Shown: piece by piece, positions 37,855 to 49,500 of the stretch
Layout of the letters: each line of letters opens with the position of its first letter
Numbering within the stretch: the stretch's first letter is position 1
Assembly: GCA_017654855.1 (NCBI GenBank)
Contig: CM030338.1
Coordinates: 2,108,001 to 2,172,000 of the forward strand
Length of the DNA: 64,000 bases
Direction of reading: 5' to 3'
From: Podospora anserina
Taxonomy: Eukaryota
Program-made: the position numbers and the translations under genes
Notes under the pieces: model-generated
The model's input: only the letters and a program-made list of their open reading frames with translations
Database searches by the model: none
What the model was told of the DNA's origin: nothing

Positions 37855-38841
37855 ACGGGAAGGAAGGGGGTTGAGGGTATATCAGAACTCAGCAGGCGAG
37901 ATGCATCAACCATACCATGGTTTTTTGAGGATTCTGTTTGACGACGTGAAGATCTTTCTTGATATTGAAGTGAATAACTCGATGATGCAGAATGTACAAT
38001 GAAACCCCAATACCTGGCTACGCATTCGGGCCAAGTAACCCATGAACATTTCATTCCCAAATGCAAACTTTCCATTTGTGCTGTGTTGTGTGTAGAAACA
38101 TTTTGAAAAAAATGAGATAACGTCCCCTTCTCTCTCTCTCATATCTTCTTCACTTCTCTCCTGTGAATAAAACAAAACAAAACAGTTGCACCAACCCAAC
38201 CAACTACCAACCCCGACCCCGACCCAGCACACAAAAACGCCCCTGGAATGTGTGTGTGAATTTCAATTGAGTATCATGCAGTAGTACACCAAAACAAGAA
38301 GCAGAGAAAGAAAAAAGAGGTATCATCCGTGAAGAAAAAAGAAAAAAAGTGTTAAAAAACACAAACGCAGAAAAGAAAAAGTCTAATACCAGAAAAAAAC
38401 AAAAAGCAATCGCAATTTTTGCCCTTCCCATGTCCCAGTGTAGCAGAAAACCACCACCACCCAGTCCATCCTACCCCATTTTCGGTTTCTTGTTGTTTCC
38501 TGTTAAATCGATTCCACCCGAGAGAGCTGATGCAAATGGCGAGAATGGAAAAATAAAAACAAAAAAAACAAGGTAATTATGCAATGTTGTTGTTGTATGC
38601 CTGGTTCCTTCCTTCCTCCTTGGTTGCCCTGATGTGAAAATAAAATATTATGTACCCATAACCCAGCACTTTTTGTGATCTGAGCCACCCGCCCCCTTCC
38701 CCTTCTCACAATATTTGTGAGATTGGGCGACCCTCCACTTCCTGTTTGTGGCTTCCATGCGATTTCCCCTAGCCTAAGGTATCCGATAGCCCCTCTACTA
38801 ATCCGCCTTTTCCTCTGCGGAAAAGGCCCATGGAAACTCGC

Positions 38842-41766
38842 CTAGTGGCTCATGACCTCCTGTGCTCCCCTCTGTTCCCTATGCTCAAGCGGCTTATCAT
38901 CATCACCACCAGCCTCCTCCATATCAACATCCATATGCTGCCCGTTCTTGTGGTTATTATTCTGAATATTCTCCTCCTCCATCCTCTGCGCCTCCTCGTT
39001 CTCCCTCCTCAGCTCCTCCTCCTGCTCCCGCATGGCCCGCTGCTCCTCACTAAGGGGCGTATCCACCGGCGGCGGCGGCGGCGGCGGAGGACTAGGTATC
39101 ATGTCCCCATCCCCATCCTCCTCCTCCTTGAGCCGCTTCACCGAAGGCGTCTCCGACATGTTATCATCCTGCGGTGACTGAGAAGTCTCCTCGCCTTCAA
39201 CAACATCATCATCATCATCGTCGCGCTTCCTTTTGCGACCACCAACGGGGGAGCTAGGGGAGCTAGGTTGAGAAAGGGGTGTAATGTCGTCTTGGACCGG
39301 GGTCGGGGCAGAGCTGCCTCCCAGGTCATTTAACGAAGCCGAGGGCTTGTCCGAGTCGGTAGATTTGTTGTTGCCCTTGGCCTTTTGCTGTTCCTTATAT
39401 TTGACAACGGCGCGGTCAAAAAAGTCACGGACGTACTTCTTGACCTTTTTCTCTTGTTTGGAGGAGATATGAGTGGGGTCCTCAACGCGGTTGTTCTTGT
39501 AATCGGAAGAGACTAGCTTCTTGTTGACTTCGCGGGCAAACTTCTTGAGGTCCTCCTTGGGGAGCTTGCCGTGGAATTTCTCGACCACGTACTTGACGTG
39601 AGGGAAAAGCTGGGGAAGATGTCAGACTGGGCAATCATTAGGAACACTGGCGAAAGAAACTTACGGTGTTCTCGTAGATCTTCATCTGTTTCTCGATTGG
39701 GAGAGAACGCCACTTCTCCTTCTTGGGTTCGGTGGTCGGGGTGCTAGACCGCTGGGGGGTATGTGTGGCCGAATGTCTTGGCGTGATCTCCTTAGTCAAG
39801 CTGTCAATGATATCCTGCACCGCCTTCTGGCCCTGCTGGGCTTTGGTCGAAGTTTTGGGAGTGGAAACCGCCGGCGCGGTGGGCCGCTGCCACTGGACTT
39901 TGCCATTGACATCGTAAAAGTAATACCGGCCTGTATTGTCCGTGGTGACGTGCCAGCCCTCGGGCAGATTGCTGGGCAGCTTCCGTGGTGGACGTTGGCC
40001 ATTGAAGAAACCGACGTTCCTTTGCGGTACCTTATTGCGCGGGCCCGTCGGAATGTTTAGGTTGGCCAGGGAGTTGTTGGCGTGCTTGTGAGGCTCGTCG
40101 CGATCCATGTTGCGACGCTCCTCAAATGGGTTAGAAGTCGCATGAGCTGCGGCATCCTTTTCCTTGCGAGGAATACGGTACGCTGTCGAGAGCTTACTCC
40201 ATTCCTCGAGCAGTCTGTTGGCCTGGAAGGCGACCTCTTCATGAGTCGAAGTGGTCAGGGGCTGGATGGCTGCCTCGATGTTGGAGTCGGCGATCTTGTT
40301 CTTGGTGATGCGCGGCAGGTCGTAGAGGATATCGAGAACCTGCAGGACGACATTGGTGTCGTCTTTGTACGAGTTGAGTGTCGTTTTGAGAATCTGGTAG
40401 CCGTGCATCCTCACCACTCTATGGCGAAGCTGCTCGTCTTCTGTGGCCTGAAGGCGGGTAAGCAGCTTGACAGCAATCCACTTCTCCTTGCACTGCATCA
40501 GAGTGGCCATGACCTTGTTGACGCCATCTTCATCAAGGGATTTCGGCTGGAAGCTGTTGACATAGTCTTCGTCGTCTTCGGTGACCTTCTTCCTGCGAGG
40601 CTTCTTGGCAACGGTGGTGTCCCAGCTGTCGCCACTGTCCTCGATACCGAGGGCCTCAATCGTGGCAAGAGACAGTTTGGTCGCACGCTCTGTCTGCGTC
40701 TTGCCGCCGATGAAGCCGACGCAGTTTTGCTCACCGCAGTAACATGGCTGGGGGTCGGCGCCGTAGCGGTCGACATTGTAGTTGAACACGAGCTCCTCAC
40801 CGGCGCGGATGGGGCGGCCGGCAAAAATGCCCATGCGCAGCTTCTCGCCCACCACCCACTTGTCGACATAACAGTTGGGATTGCACGAATGGTTGCAGAA
40901 CCGGCCCAAGTTGCCCTTCTTAGTGGCATCGACAAACTCGCTCTTGGTGAGCGACATGAAGTAAAAGTGCTTGATGCCCTCGCGGTCGTACTTGATCATC
41001 CGGTTCCGGAACGTCGGCTCATTGATGACCTCGCCAATGTACTCGAAAATGAAGTCGTTTGGCTGCAGGTTCCGGTTCGCCCGCAGGCCGAACCCCTTCT
41101 TGTCGGTCTTGATGACCGAAACATCGGCATACTGCTTGCGCTGAAACCGCTGGTTTTGACAACCCGGCCCGCAGTTGCAGTCTCCATCTACGCACTCAAT
41201 TTTGGTCGCGCGGTTGATGCAGTCGGAATCCTCGCCACAAGCGTGGTTTTCATCATTTCCTGTGAGCAGAAAAAAAATTAGTGTGTCAGGGCGGTCGCTT
41301 TACGGACATGTGGACGGCCACCATCTCGGGGAGAGAGAGAGTGACGGGCCAGATGGTGGAAAAACTTACGCCATTCTTCGGTACAGTCGCAATCCAGCGC
41401 GTCGTGATCCGACGAGCCCATATTCCTCGAGCCATAAAGACAGTCGTTGATGACCTGAAACGTGCTGCATGCTTGGGCTGTGACATCTGGCAGGTGGTCG
41501 AACAAGGTAGGGGGACTTCGAACGGGTTTCTGAGACGACTTGCGAGACAGCTTCGGGGCAGAGGCGTGATCTGGAGTCGCTGCAGTCTCTCCTGCAGACT
41601 TTGTGTCGTCGGGCGACATACTGGTGCCTCGCGAATCCATCTTGGAGTTGTTCGGGGAAGCCGAGTCGGTCGAATCCTCCTTTCGTAACCTAACGCCATT
41701 GACCCTCGGCCTTTCCTCAATCCTGCCTTCCAGCACCGGTCCTGAAGCGCGAGCGTCTTCCCCCAT
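38842..41766 (-). CDS. SET2: Histone H3K36 methyltransferase Set2
   Basis: Exons 41766-41370, 41259-39665 and 39609-38842. Domains: AWS ([10 protein letters not shown]), SET ([17 protein letters not shown]), post-SET ([10 protein letters not shown]), TFIIS-N-like, WW (LPEGW...YYFY...QWQRP) and SRI ([15 protein letters not shown]). Confidence 0.96.
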
Positions 41767-43531
41767 GGTGAATGAGTTGGTGCGCAAGAGGCGCCAGAGT
41801 CGCCGAGCGTAGGGAAGCCGCTAGAGTGGTTTGTGCTTGTTGTGGTTCAGGGCAAAGAAAGGCACGCGCAGCGAGATGGGATGCAGGACGCGCTGAACAG
41901 CAGGTCAAAGTTGTGAAAGAGAAGAAGAAAAAGCGTGCTGGAAAATGGTGGCGGAAAGTCGACAGCGAGGAGAGGAAAGCGTTTGGGAGAGTGGGCGAAG
42001 ACAGACGGAGTGGGAGACGCAGCGAGAGTGGAAGAGAGAGTGAGAGGGAGAGAGGGAGAGGGAGCGAGAGAGAGCGCCAGGAGGGTCAAGGTCGAGACGT
42101 GAACTGACTGGAGGAAGCTATTTCTGCGCCCTGACTTTGCGAACATGGCAGCTCAAACCGTCGGGCGGGCTCACGGAAAAGATGACAATGGCTCTCAATC
42201 CAAGCAAGGGCCAATCCAACGGCTATCGCGCTCACTCACATCCACAACAAATGCGTCACGTCGAGGAGGTAGTCAATTGACATGGCCGCGTTCAGCAAGA
42301 CTTCAGTAAAAGATGCCCTCCTGCCCCCAGAGTGCCAAGCCGGCGACCTTGAAGTGCCCCAGCCCATCTCAATCGGGGCGTCGACTTGTCGGCCCGTCAT
42401 TGATCCGCTCCGTGTCCACGCCCGTCGGGGTCCCATCCCGCGCTTACAAGGTTCTGTTAACTGCGCTGAGAACTTTGAAGGTGATGGCGGGCTTTCAACG
42501 GAACTTTCAGTTCATCTCCAGCGGAGTGCACAATTGATATTGGAGACACATTTTCAGGCCACTGGGTCACTGGGTCAATGGGAATATGGGAATTTCAAAG
42601 TTTATGTCCACTACGCGAGTTGGCATAAGTTGAACCGAGTTAAAACTCGTGAGCGGGCACCAAGAGCAATATATATATCAGTCCGGTCAAACAGAAACGC
42701 CACGCATGATCATCGCCTTCCGTCTGTCCGCCTGGGACAAACGCGGCACCAACCGAAATCCATAGAGATATCACAGAGGGCTTGTCTGGTGTGGTGGTGG
42801 CAGTAAACCAGAGCACCACATTGTCACGCAACGTGTGAAACAGCCCCCCGCAGCCATCACAACATGCATATATTGTCAGTCGCATAGTTTGGCACCACGT
42901 TTCTATATACTCGCCGGGTCGCCGGGAGGCATCTCAGCACTTTGTGAAGGCCCTTGCAGACGAACTCGGAGGTGGCATGCATGACTATGCACTCGAAAGC
43001 GTTTGGTATTAGGAACGACCACCGCGGCATGAAGCCACCCATCCCCTCCCCTCCCCCCCTCCCAGCCCCAAGACAGCCCTTTATTATACCTACAGCTCGT
43101 CACCCGTAGAAGTTTTTTCGAAAAAAGCTGCCCCCCGTTCGTTGCCGGTAGCATGCCAGCACATCGTGCAGCTTGGGTGAGGTGGAGAAAAGCCCGGCGG
43201 CCTGGTGGGATTTAAAACCTCGAGGGCCACCTCTGAACATTGTGAACACAAGTTCAACGGAACCTTGTCGACATAACTTTTTTATATCGCCATGTTCAAC
43301 AACATAGATCGACCCACCTCTTGCCCCCAGACAATGCGGCTCTTCGACAACCACACAAACCTAAGAGACCACCGCGGCCAAATCCTTGTGTCATGCTCGA
43401 CTGCCCCCCGCCATCCAATGCCATTGGTACAATTCGCTCACTGACGCAGCCAATGCCGACGCCAGAACTGGGTCCTGTCGATGGGGCCACAAGAAGTCCA
43501 ACCGGACCGCTTCCGACGTCCAACTCTAGTT

Positions 43532-43564
43532 CGACGACTTAGACCGACGACTTAGACCGACGAC
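43532..43564. repeat. 13-bp tandem repeat (CGACGACTTAGAC)x2.5
   Basis: cgacgacttagaccgacgacttagaccgacgac read directly. Confidence 0.85.
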
Positions 43565-45277
43565 AATGCAACTGTTTTTGTTTACTTGATGATGCGACTC
43601 GACACATGCGGACTTCAAAGGTCGGGGGATCACGAGTCGAGAAGCGGCAGCTCCATTTTTGGGCAGAAAAAAACGAGGACGTTGGGTTGAAATCTGATCT
43701 GTCTGCGAGTGCAGCAAGCCCCCAGCCTATGGGATCCTGCCGCTCACTTCCCCAGATGGCTGCATCCTATCATGGACATGTGCGAGACAGCCAAGAGGAG
43801 GGTCAGGTGCAGCTGCTGCATGTCGCTTGGACTCGCGCATTTGCATCCACGCATCCCACCGGCTAGCTAAGCTGAACCGTCGCCTCCCGACGGCGCCTGT
43901 CACGGTTGGCGATCGATTTAGAGGGGGGGGGCAGATGGATGGAGGCATGTTGCGCACGCGGCGGCAGCTCGTTGCTTCTGTTGGGAGCTGAAGAACACCA
44001 CCCTTCTGCTTAGAGGGAGAGATCGTGGATATCAGATCGCCGTTTGGCCGGCAGCCATCAGAAATGACAGCATGCTGGCGGCCCACCAAAACAGGGAAGC
44101 AAGGTGAGATGAGAAGGTGGGAGTGCGTTCGCGCAACCACACATCTTGCGCCAATCTTGCGGGCTCCAAGTCGGAGCAACTGAGGCGTCTTTTTTATCGT
44201 TTATCTCCATATCATTACTGCATACAGGCGAGAGGGATGCGCTCGGCTGGCTCGTTTTTGTCTTTCAGCCGAAGACATATCCACAGCACTTATGCTCGAT
44301 ATGCCCTTTCCGATATGGTATAGGTGTTTTGAATAGGCATGCTGCCAACGCGGGTGGGATCTAGGTCGAGGTCCACACACCCACCATCCGCCATCCGGGG
44401 GGGTGGTGAGGAGGTAGTCATCTGATCGCGCTGCTGCATCTGCAAGTTGCAATTGTTGTGGCACATCCTGGCGTGTTATTGCTGGGGAGCTGCGCACCTG
44501 CGCGACACAAGAAGTTCGAGGTCGGCTCCGACCTGGGCGCGGCGAGAGGAGAAGAGGAGAAAGAGGAGAATGTTGAAGTCATCAGCAAGCATTCAGGAAG
44601 AAAGGATGGTGGCATGGCAGCATGGCAAGCATGTGTGCTCGGACCCTGCCCGCTCTGCAAAAAGGCCGCCATGGAGAAAGACCGGGGCTAACAGAGGGGC
44701 GCCGTGAAACCCAAGCAAAGAGACGCGGGAGCAATTCGAAGCGCGCGTCTCTCTTCCCATTGCCGCCCCCCCCCCCCAAAACCCGCAAGCTACCCTCTGC
44801 ACCATTCGACTTTCTGGCTTGTGAGCGTCTTGAAGTTGCCCCGATGTCTTCTTGGTGCTCGGCGGCACCTCTGCGCTGACTGTCCTGACTGTCCTGTCTC
44901 CATATTCAACTGCGGATACGGATTCAAACACTCGTTTAAATCGTTTCTTCTTGTTCTTTCGTTTATGATTCCTCTTATTGACACCTCATCACTCATCACT
45001 CATCGCTCACCATTCATCATCCGTCACTGGGGGCGCGCTGTGTTTCTTCCAAACAAGACGCTTTGCCACTTCTGCTTGCTACTGCTGCTTGCTACTGTCT
45101 GCTGCTGCGACCTGTACCAGGCCACTCTCAACTGATCACGAGCAGCTCCAGTTTCCCCGGGGGTGAGCTGTCATATTGCGCCTGTCAAATGACTGGCCAC
45201 CCAGCCTATGGCATATTTCTTCCCTCCTTCGCCTTCTTTTCTTTGACGGAATCGGATAGCTGGGTTAGGGCCTAATC

Positions 45278-46548
45278 ATGGACTCCTCCTTTACTGACGA
45301 CGAAAAGGTAAGGTTATGCGCCAACTCTCCCCAACCTTCTCATCCCCCTTGAACCTTGAAGCTTGAGCCCCCCTCCCCCTCGCCCTCCCTCTGGCGTTTC
45401 CCCCCGCGCATCATGACGCCGCTGCTTATTTGTCTCGGCTATAGCGCTTCGTTCTTGCCGAAATCATCAAGGCCAGCCGTATGGATGTTGGTGTTCTCGT
45501 CAACCTAATCAGGTCGCACGATATTCAGCCCGACTGGTTGTCGATGCAGCTCCCTCGTGGTAGGTGTCTTTCGGTTGAAGTCATCTCTCCATCCTCTGAC
45601 ATGCTTTTCGCAGGTCGAAATGTGAACCAGTGTATTCATGCGGCGGAGGCCATGTTCAACGCCCCGATGCCTCCGCCTTTGATATCACCCTTGAAGCGAA
45701 AGTCGTTCGGCGATGTCAGTGATCAGCTTCCAAAGAGACAGGCGCTTGCGTCCCCTAGCGAACCTCCACCTCACGGATTGCCCTACCATGCGACGCCAGC
45801 CTTTGCGCAGCATCACGTCAACATCCATCATCCTAACGGGCAACCGACTGTTGCCCTTGCTCCTAATCCGAACACCGTCCCTGCCTCGGCGCCGACCCCA
45901 TATCCAGGGCCTCCTCGCAGACGTGGGCGGCCTCCAAAGTCAGAAAACCGATCGGGTCACTGGCAGATCACGACTTCTTATCCAAACATCACCCCAGCGC
46001 CTATCGCACCTGCTCCGGCTCCAGCCCCAGCTTCAGCGCCCCAGCCAAGCAGTCCAAGCTTCCGAGCCCAAGCACCGATAGCTCCAGCTCCGGCTCCAAC
46101 TTCAGTTCCAGCACAAGCCGCGACCTCGGCACCACAGCCAAACAGCCCGAGCTTCCGCGTACAGCCGTATAATAATCGATACTCGATGCCTGCCGGGCCT
46201 CTGGATTCAAAATCTGGAAAGAAGCTCTTGCCCGAGATAGCCCCTCGTCCAACGCATGGCACTTCGGGGTTGGAACAACCTGCCAGATCGCCCACAAGGC
46301 CGGTATCAGAATATCAAGATCGGAGGGAAGACATACACCGACTGCCACCACCGCAAGCTCAAGGGCCCCCAAGACACACGATGCGGGATCCTCCACTGCT
46401 GCCACCACCACAGAGCCCACGCTCGCATCCTCATCCGCCACCACACCACATGATGGACGCTTCACGACCACGAGAGACACCACCACCGACGCCCATGGAG
46501 CCGGTAAAGCACGAGAGCCATTTACCGCCACCGCCCACGAAGACATGA
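45278..46548 (+). CDS. Hypothetical nuclear protein: N-terminal Myb/SANT-like helical domain, AT-hook, Pro-rich tail
   Basis: Exons 45278-45307, 45445-45559 and 45614-46548 give MDSSFTDDEKRFVLAEIIK...PDWLSMQLPRGRNVNQC. NLS-like LKRK; AT-hook RRRGRPPK. Confidence 0.8.
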
Positions 46549-49500
46549 CGGCAGTCAGTACCAGCTGTTCGACCAAACACATGGAGAGAAGACAAGCTAC
46601 GAAAAGGCAGCATTTTTGACAGCAAAGTTCTTTTCAATATGAGGAGGCGACGACAGCAGAGACACGCAAGAGTTATTTTCTTTTTTTTTGCAAAATCCCG
46701 AAGAGGGGGCTGGGGGCGGTCTTATATGAATTATCTAGCCGCAGCATACGATGATGGCACGACAGGACACTTACAACCACGCTACTACAAACACACCACC
46801 GGAGCACGACATGCTTTCGAGCAGCTACTTTTCTTTGGACGCCTTTCCTTTACACTTGACTACGAGCCTTGAACCAACCTAATGCTGTACGACGAAAACA
46901 CAGACGGCAAAGACGTTCCTTTTTTCGACGCCAACTTTTGACGAACCATGACACTGACAACAGAAACATAATCCATCCATAGAGGGATTTACGGATACAA
47001 AAAGGAGTATGTACAAGGCTATGGTGGGCGGTACAACTGACGAAACGTCTTTTTTTGTTTTTTGTTTCCTTTTCTATCTTGAGCGAGGTTTTTACTCTTG
47101 ATGTTTGATGTTTCAACACGCGATTGAACGGCCTTTTTTTGTTGACTGACTATGCCATATTTTTCTTTTTCTCTTGTTATGTTTGTGAGGAGGGAGTGGG
47201 AGGGACCTAATTGTAATGATTGGGAAGATGAAGGTGAATGTGGAATGCGAGGGGGAAGTGGGGATACATAACGTGTATGATTATGAGCGGATACACAAAC
47301 GGCCTGAACTTGACTTTGTTTTTTTGGGGGGTAAGCTTGGGGAGATATGGAGATGGGATGGGTGTATGATATAGGTGTAGTTTTATCATGTGGTGGTTTT
47401 TTGGGGGTTTGGGGGGTGAAGGTGTAATGATGATTTTGTATATGTGAAGATGATCTCCACCTCCAACATGATGGTGATCCTGGCAGCGTTGCGAACCACG
47501 CTCACGGCATTTTTGACAGCGAACATTACAAACACAAGCACTCCCCATATTCTACAAGATAGACTCACATATTGTAGACCTGATCTCTTAGTACCAGGCC
47601 GTGAACCAATCACCTCGGTCTTGCGATGTGATACGTCGAGGTGACAGCCAACCAGATGTTGATGGAGCGTTTTTCTCCAATGCCCAGTGGATGACCGGAG
47701 AATTGTCAAGTTTGTGCTGGCCAACCAGGGGGGAGTGTAGAGGTGCTGCCAATAGAAATTCAAAGGAAGGGTCGCTCGCTTTTTGGTGTGGCTTACATCT
47801 ACACTTATCGTCAACCGCCTGTGTCGTTTACTAGCTGCTACTCCACCGTTGAGAAAAACACCATGATCTCTGTCTCTCTGCATACCTAATATATTGGAAG
47901 CTTTCAAACGATAAAAGGTTAGCATGCACGGCAAGTTTGTACAACAGAAATTCCTGCACCTTGCTTCGAAAGAGATACGCATTAGACAGCTCATAGACAC
48001 CACCCACCAGCTCTACTTACCCGCTTGCCACAACATTCCAGCGTGCTTGTTCCGAACTGAGTAGACAGGCCATTGCAGTAAACATCCCAGACAAACAACT
48101 GTTATTTGATGATTGTTTTCTTTGAGATACACAGATGCAGATGGATACGTATGCAAGGTATGTAATTCTGCAAAACCCAGAATGAATCTCCATACGGTCC
48201 AACAAACCTGAAGTTTTGCAACATGCCTACCTTTAAGCCGACAATTTAGAAGCGGTTCTCACCTTTTGTAGATGCAGAGAAGCAAACGTTTGTGAGTCGT
48301 GGTCTCTCTTGACGGGTCTCGGCCAATATGTGTCATTCACCTGATCATGCCTCACCCTTGGGGGTGGAAGAGCTTTTGATCTTGTTCATGAGGTATGCAG
48401 AGATGCATTCCCCGTCCTTTACATCTGCGAAAATTCCCTGGCCTTCTCTGCGGCAACCTTCAAATAGTATTCACCTTCATCACTTCCAGAAAGGTGACGG
48501 AGGTAAAACAGGCCTCTCCCCTCCGAGGTCTCGGCACTTCCTGCCCCACCTGCCGCCGAGATCTCGGCCCCACCCAACCGGCCCGTCGCTCCCGTTTCGT
48601 ATCTGTAACCCTCCACTACCGAGCGAACATCCACACCCCCCTCCGCAAAAAAAAAAAAAGAAGACTGATCTGCGAACTCTTTTAAGAAACTTGGAAGTAT
48701 CCAAACCTGGTTTTTAGCACTGCTCTCTTTCCTGTTTCCATCATTTTCAGAAATCCAGGCCTTTTGATCTACGACCGCAGCCCCGGCCAGACCAGTTCGT
48801 ATTCCCGACAAGGTGGAAGGGGTAGGTGTGATAAGAGGTGTGGCCATGGTTACAGGTGATCAGTGATCAGCGTTGCAGTCGATGATCGCCGGTTTGGCTG
48901 CTACAGATCAGATGGAAAATGAATGGGACTTGACACATTTTGTACCTGAAGTCTTTTGCAAGCTACAATTTGAACCTTTGAAATAGTTGAGAGATTGCGG
49001 GCAATGCCGCCTTAGATGCATAAACCCCCATCTTACCCACCGGCGATGCGGAGAGATCGGGACGGGAGGTTCGCGCATAAACCGCACAGTCCCCTCCTCT
49101 TGCCGTCGCTGTCATAGCATTTTACCTATGTGGAGGTGATTGTTTCGCATGCCATAACCCCATGACTATTTTCTGTTTTGTTTACTTCACGATAATACCT
49201 ACGGAGTATCCCCCTTTCACTTCCTCCCTTCCTTCACCGCATCTCCATCCGCAAGGGAGTCATGTTTCCAAGTAAACGCACGCTCTGACTCCATTGTCAT
49301 TGTCGCAGTCGCAGCGAACCATTGACGCGGTCTTTCTTTCTCCCTACCTACCGCGTCTGCGAAGTACCTGAATTGTTTTTATTCTTCCTTTTTCAGCCAG
49401 CTCACTCCCACCCATCACCCAATAAAATCCCTTCAGCTAGCGGTGCGTCCAACTGCTGCGCCCATTTTCTTGCTGACATGCATCGCATCCATCACAACGC

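Noticed and set aside
34762-37941. In-frame tails after the TAG stops of CBF1 (26 codons) and UGA1 (28 codons)
   Set aside because: Lengths expected by chance and no recognisable motif or targeting signal.
42030-42075. GA-rich microsatellite upstream of SET2 and poly(A) run near 48647-48662
   Set aside because: Ordinary simple-sequence tracts.
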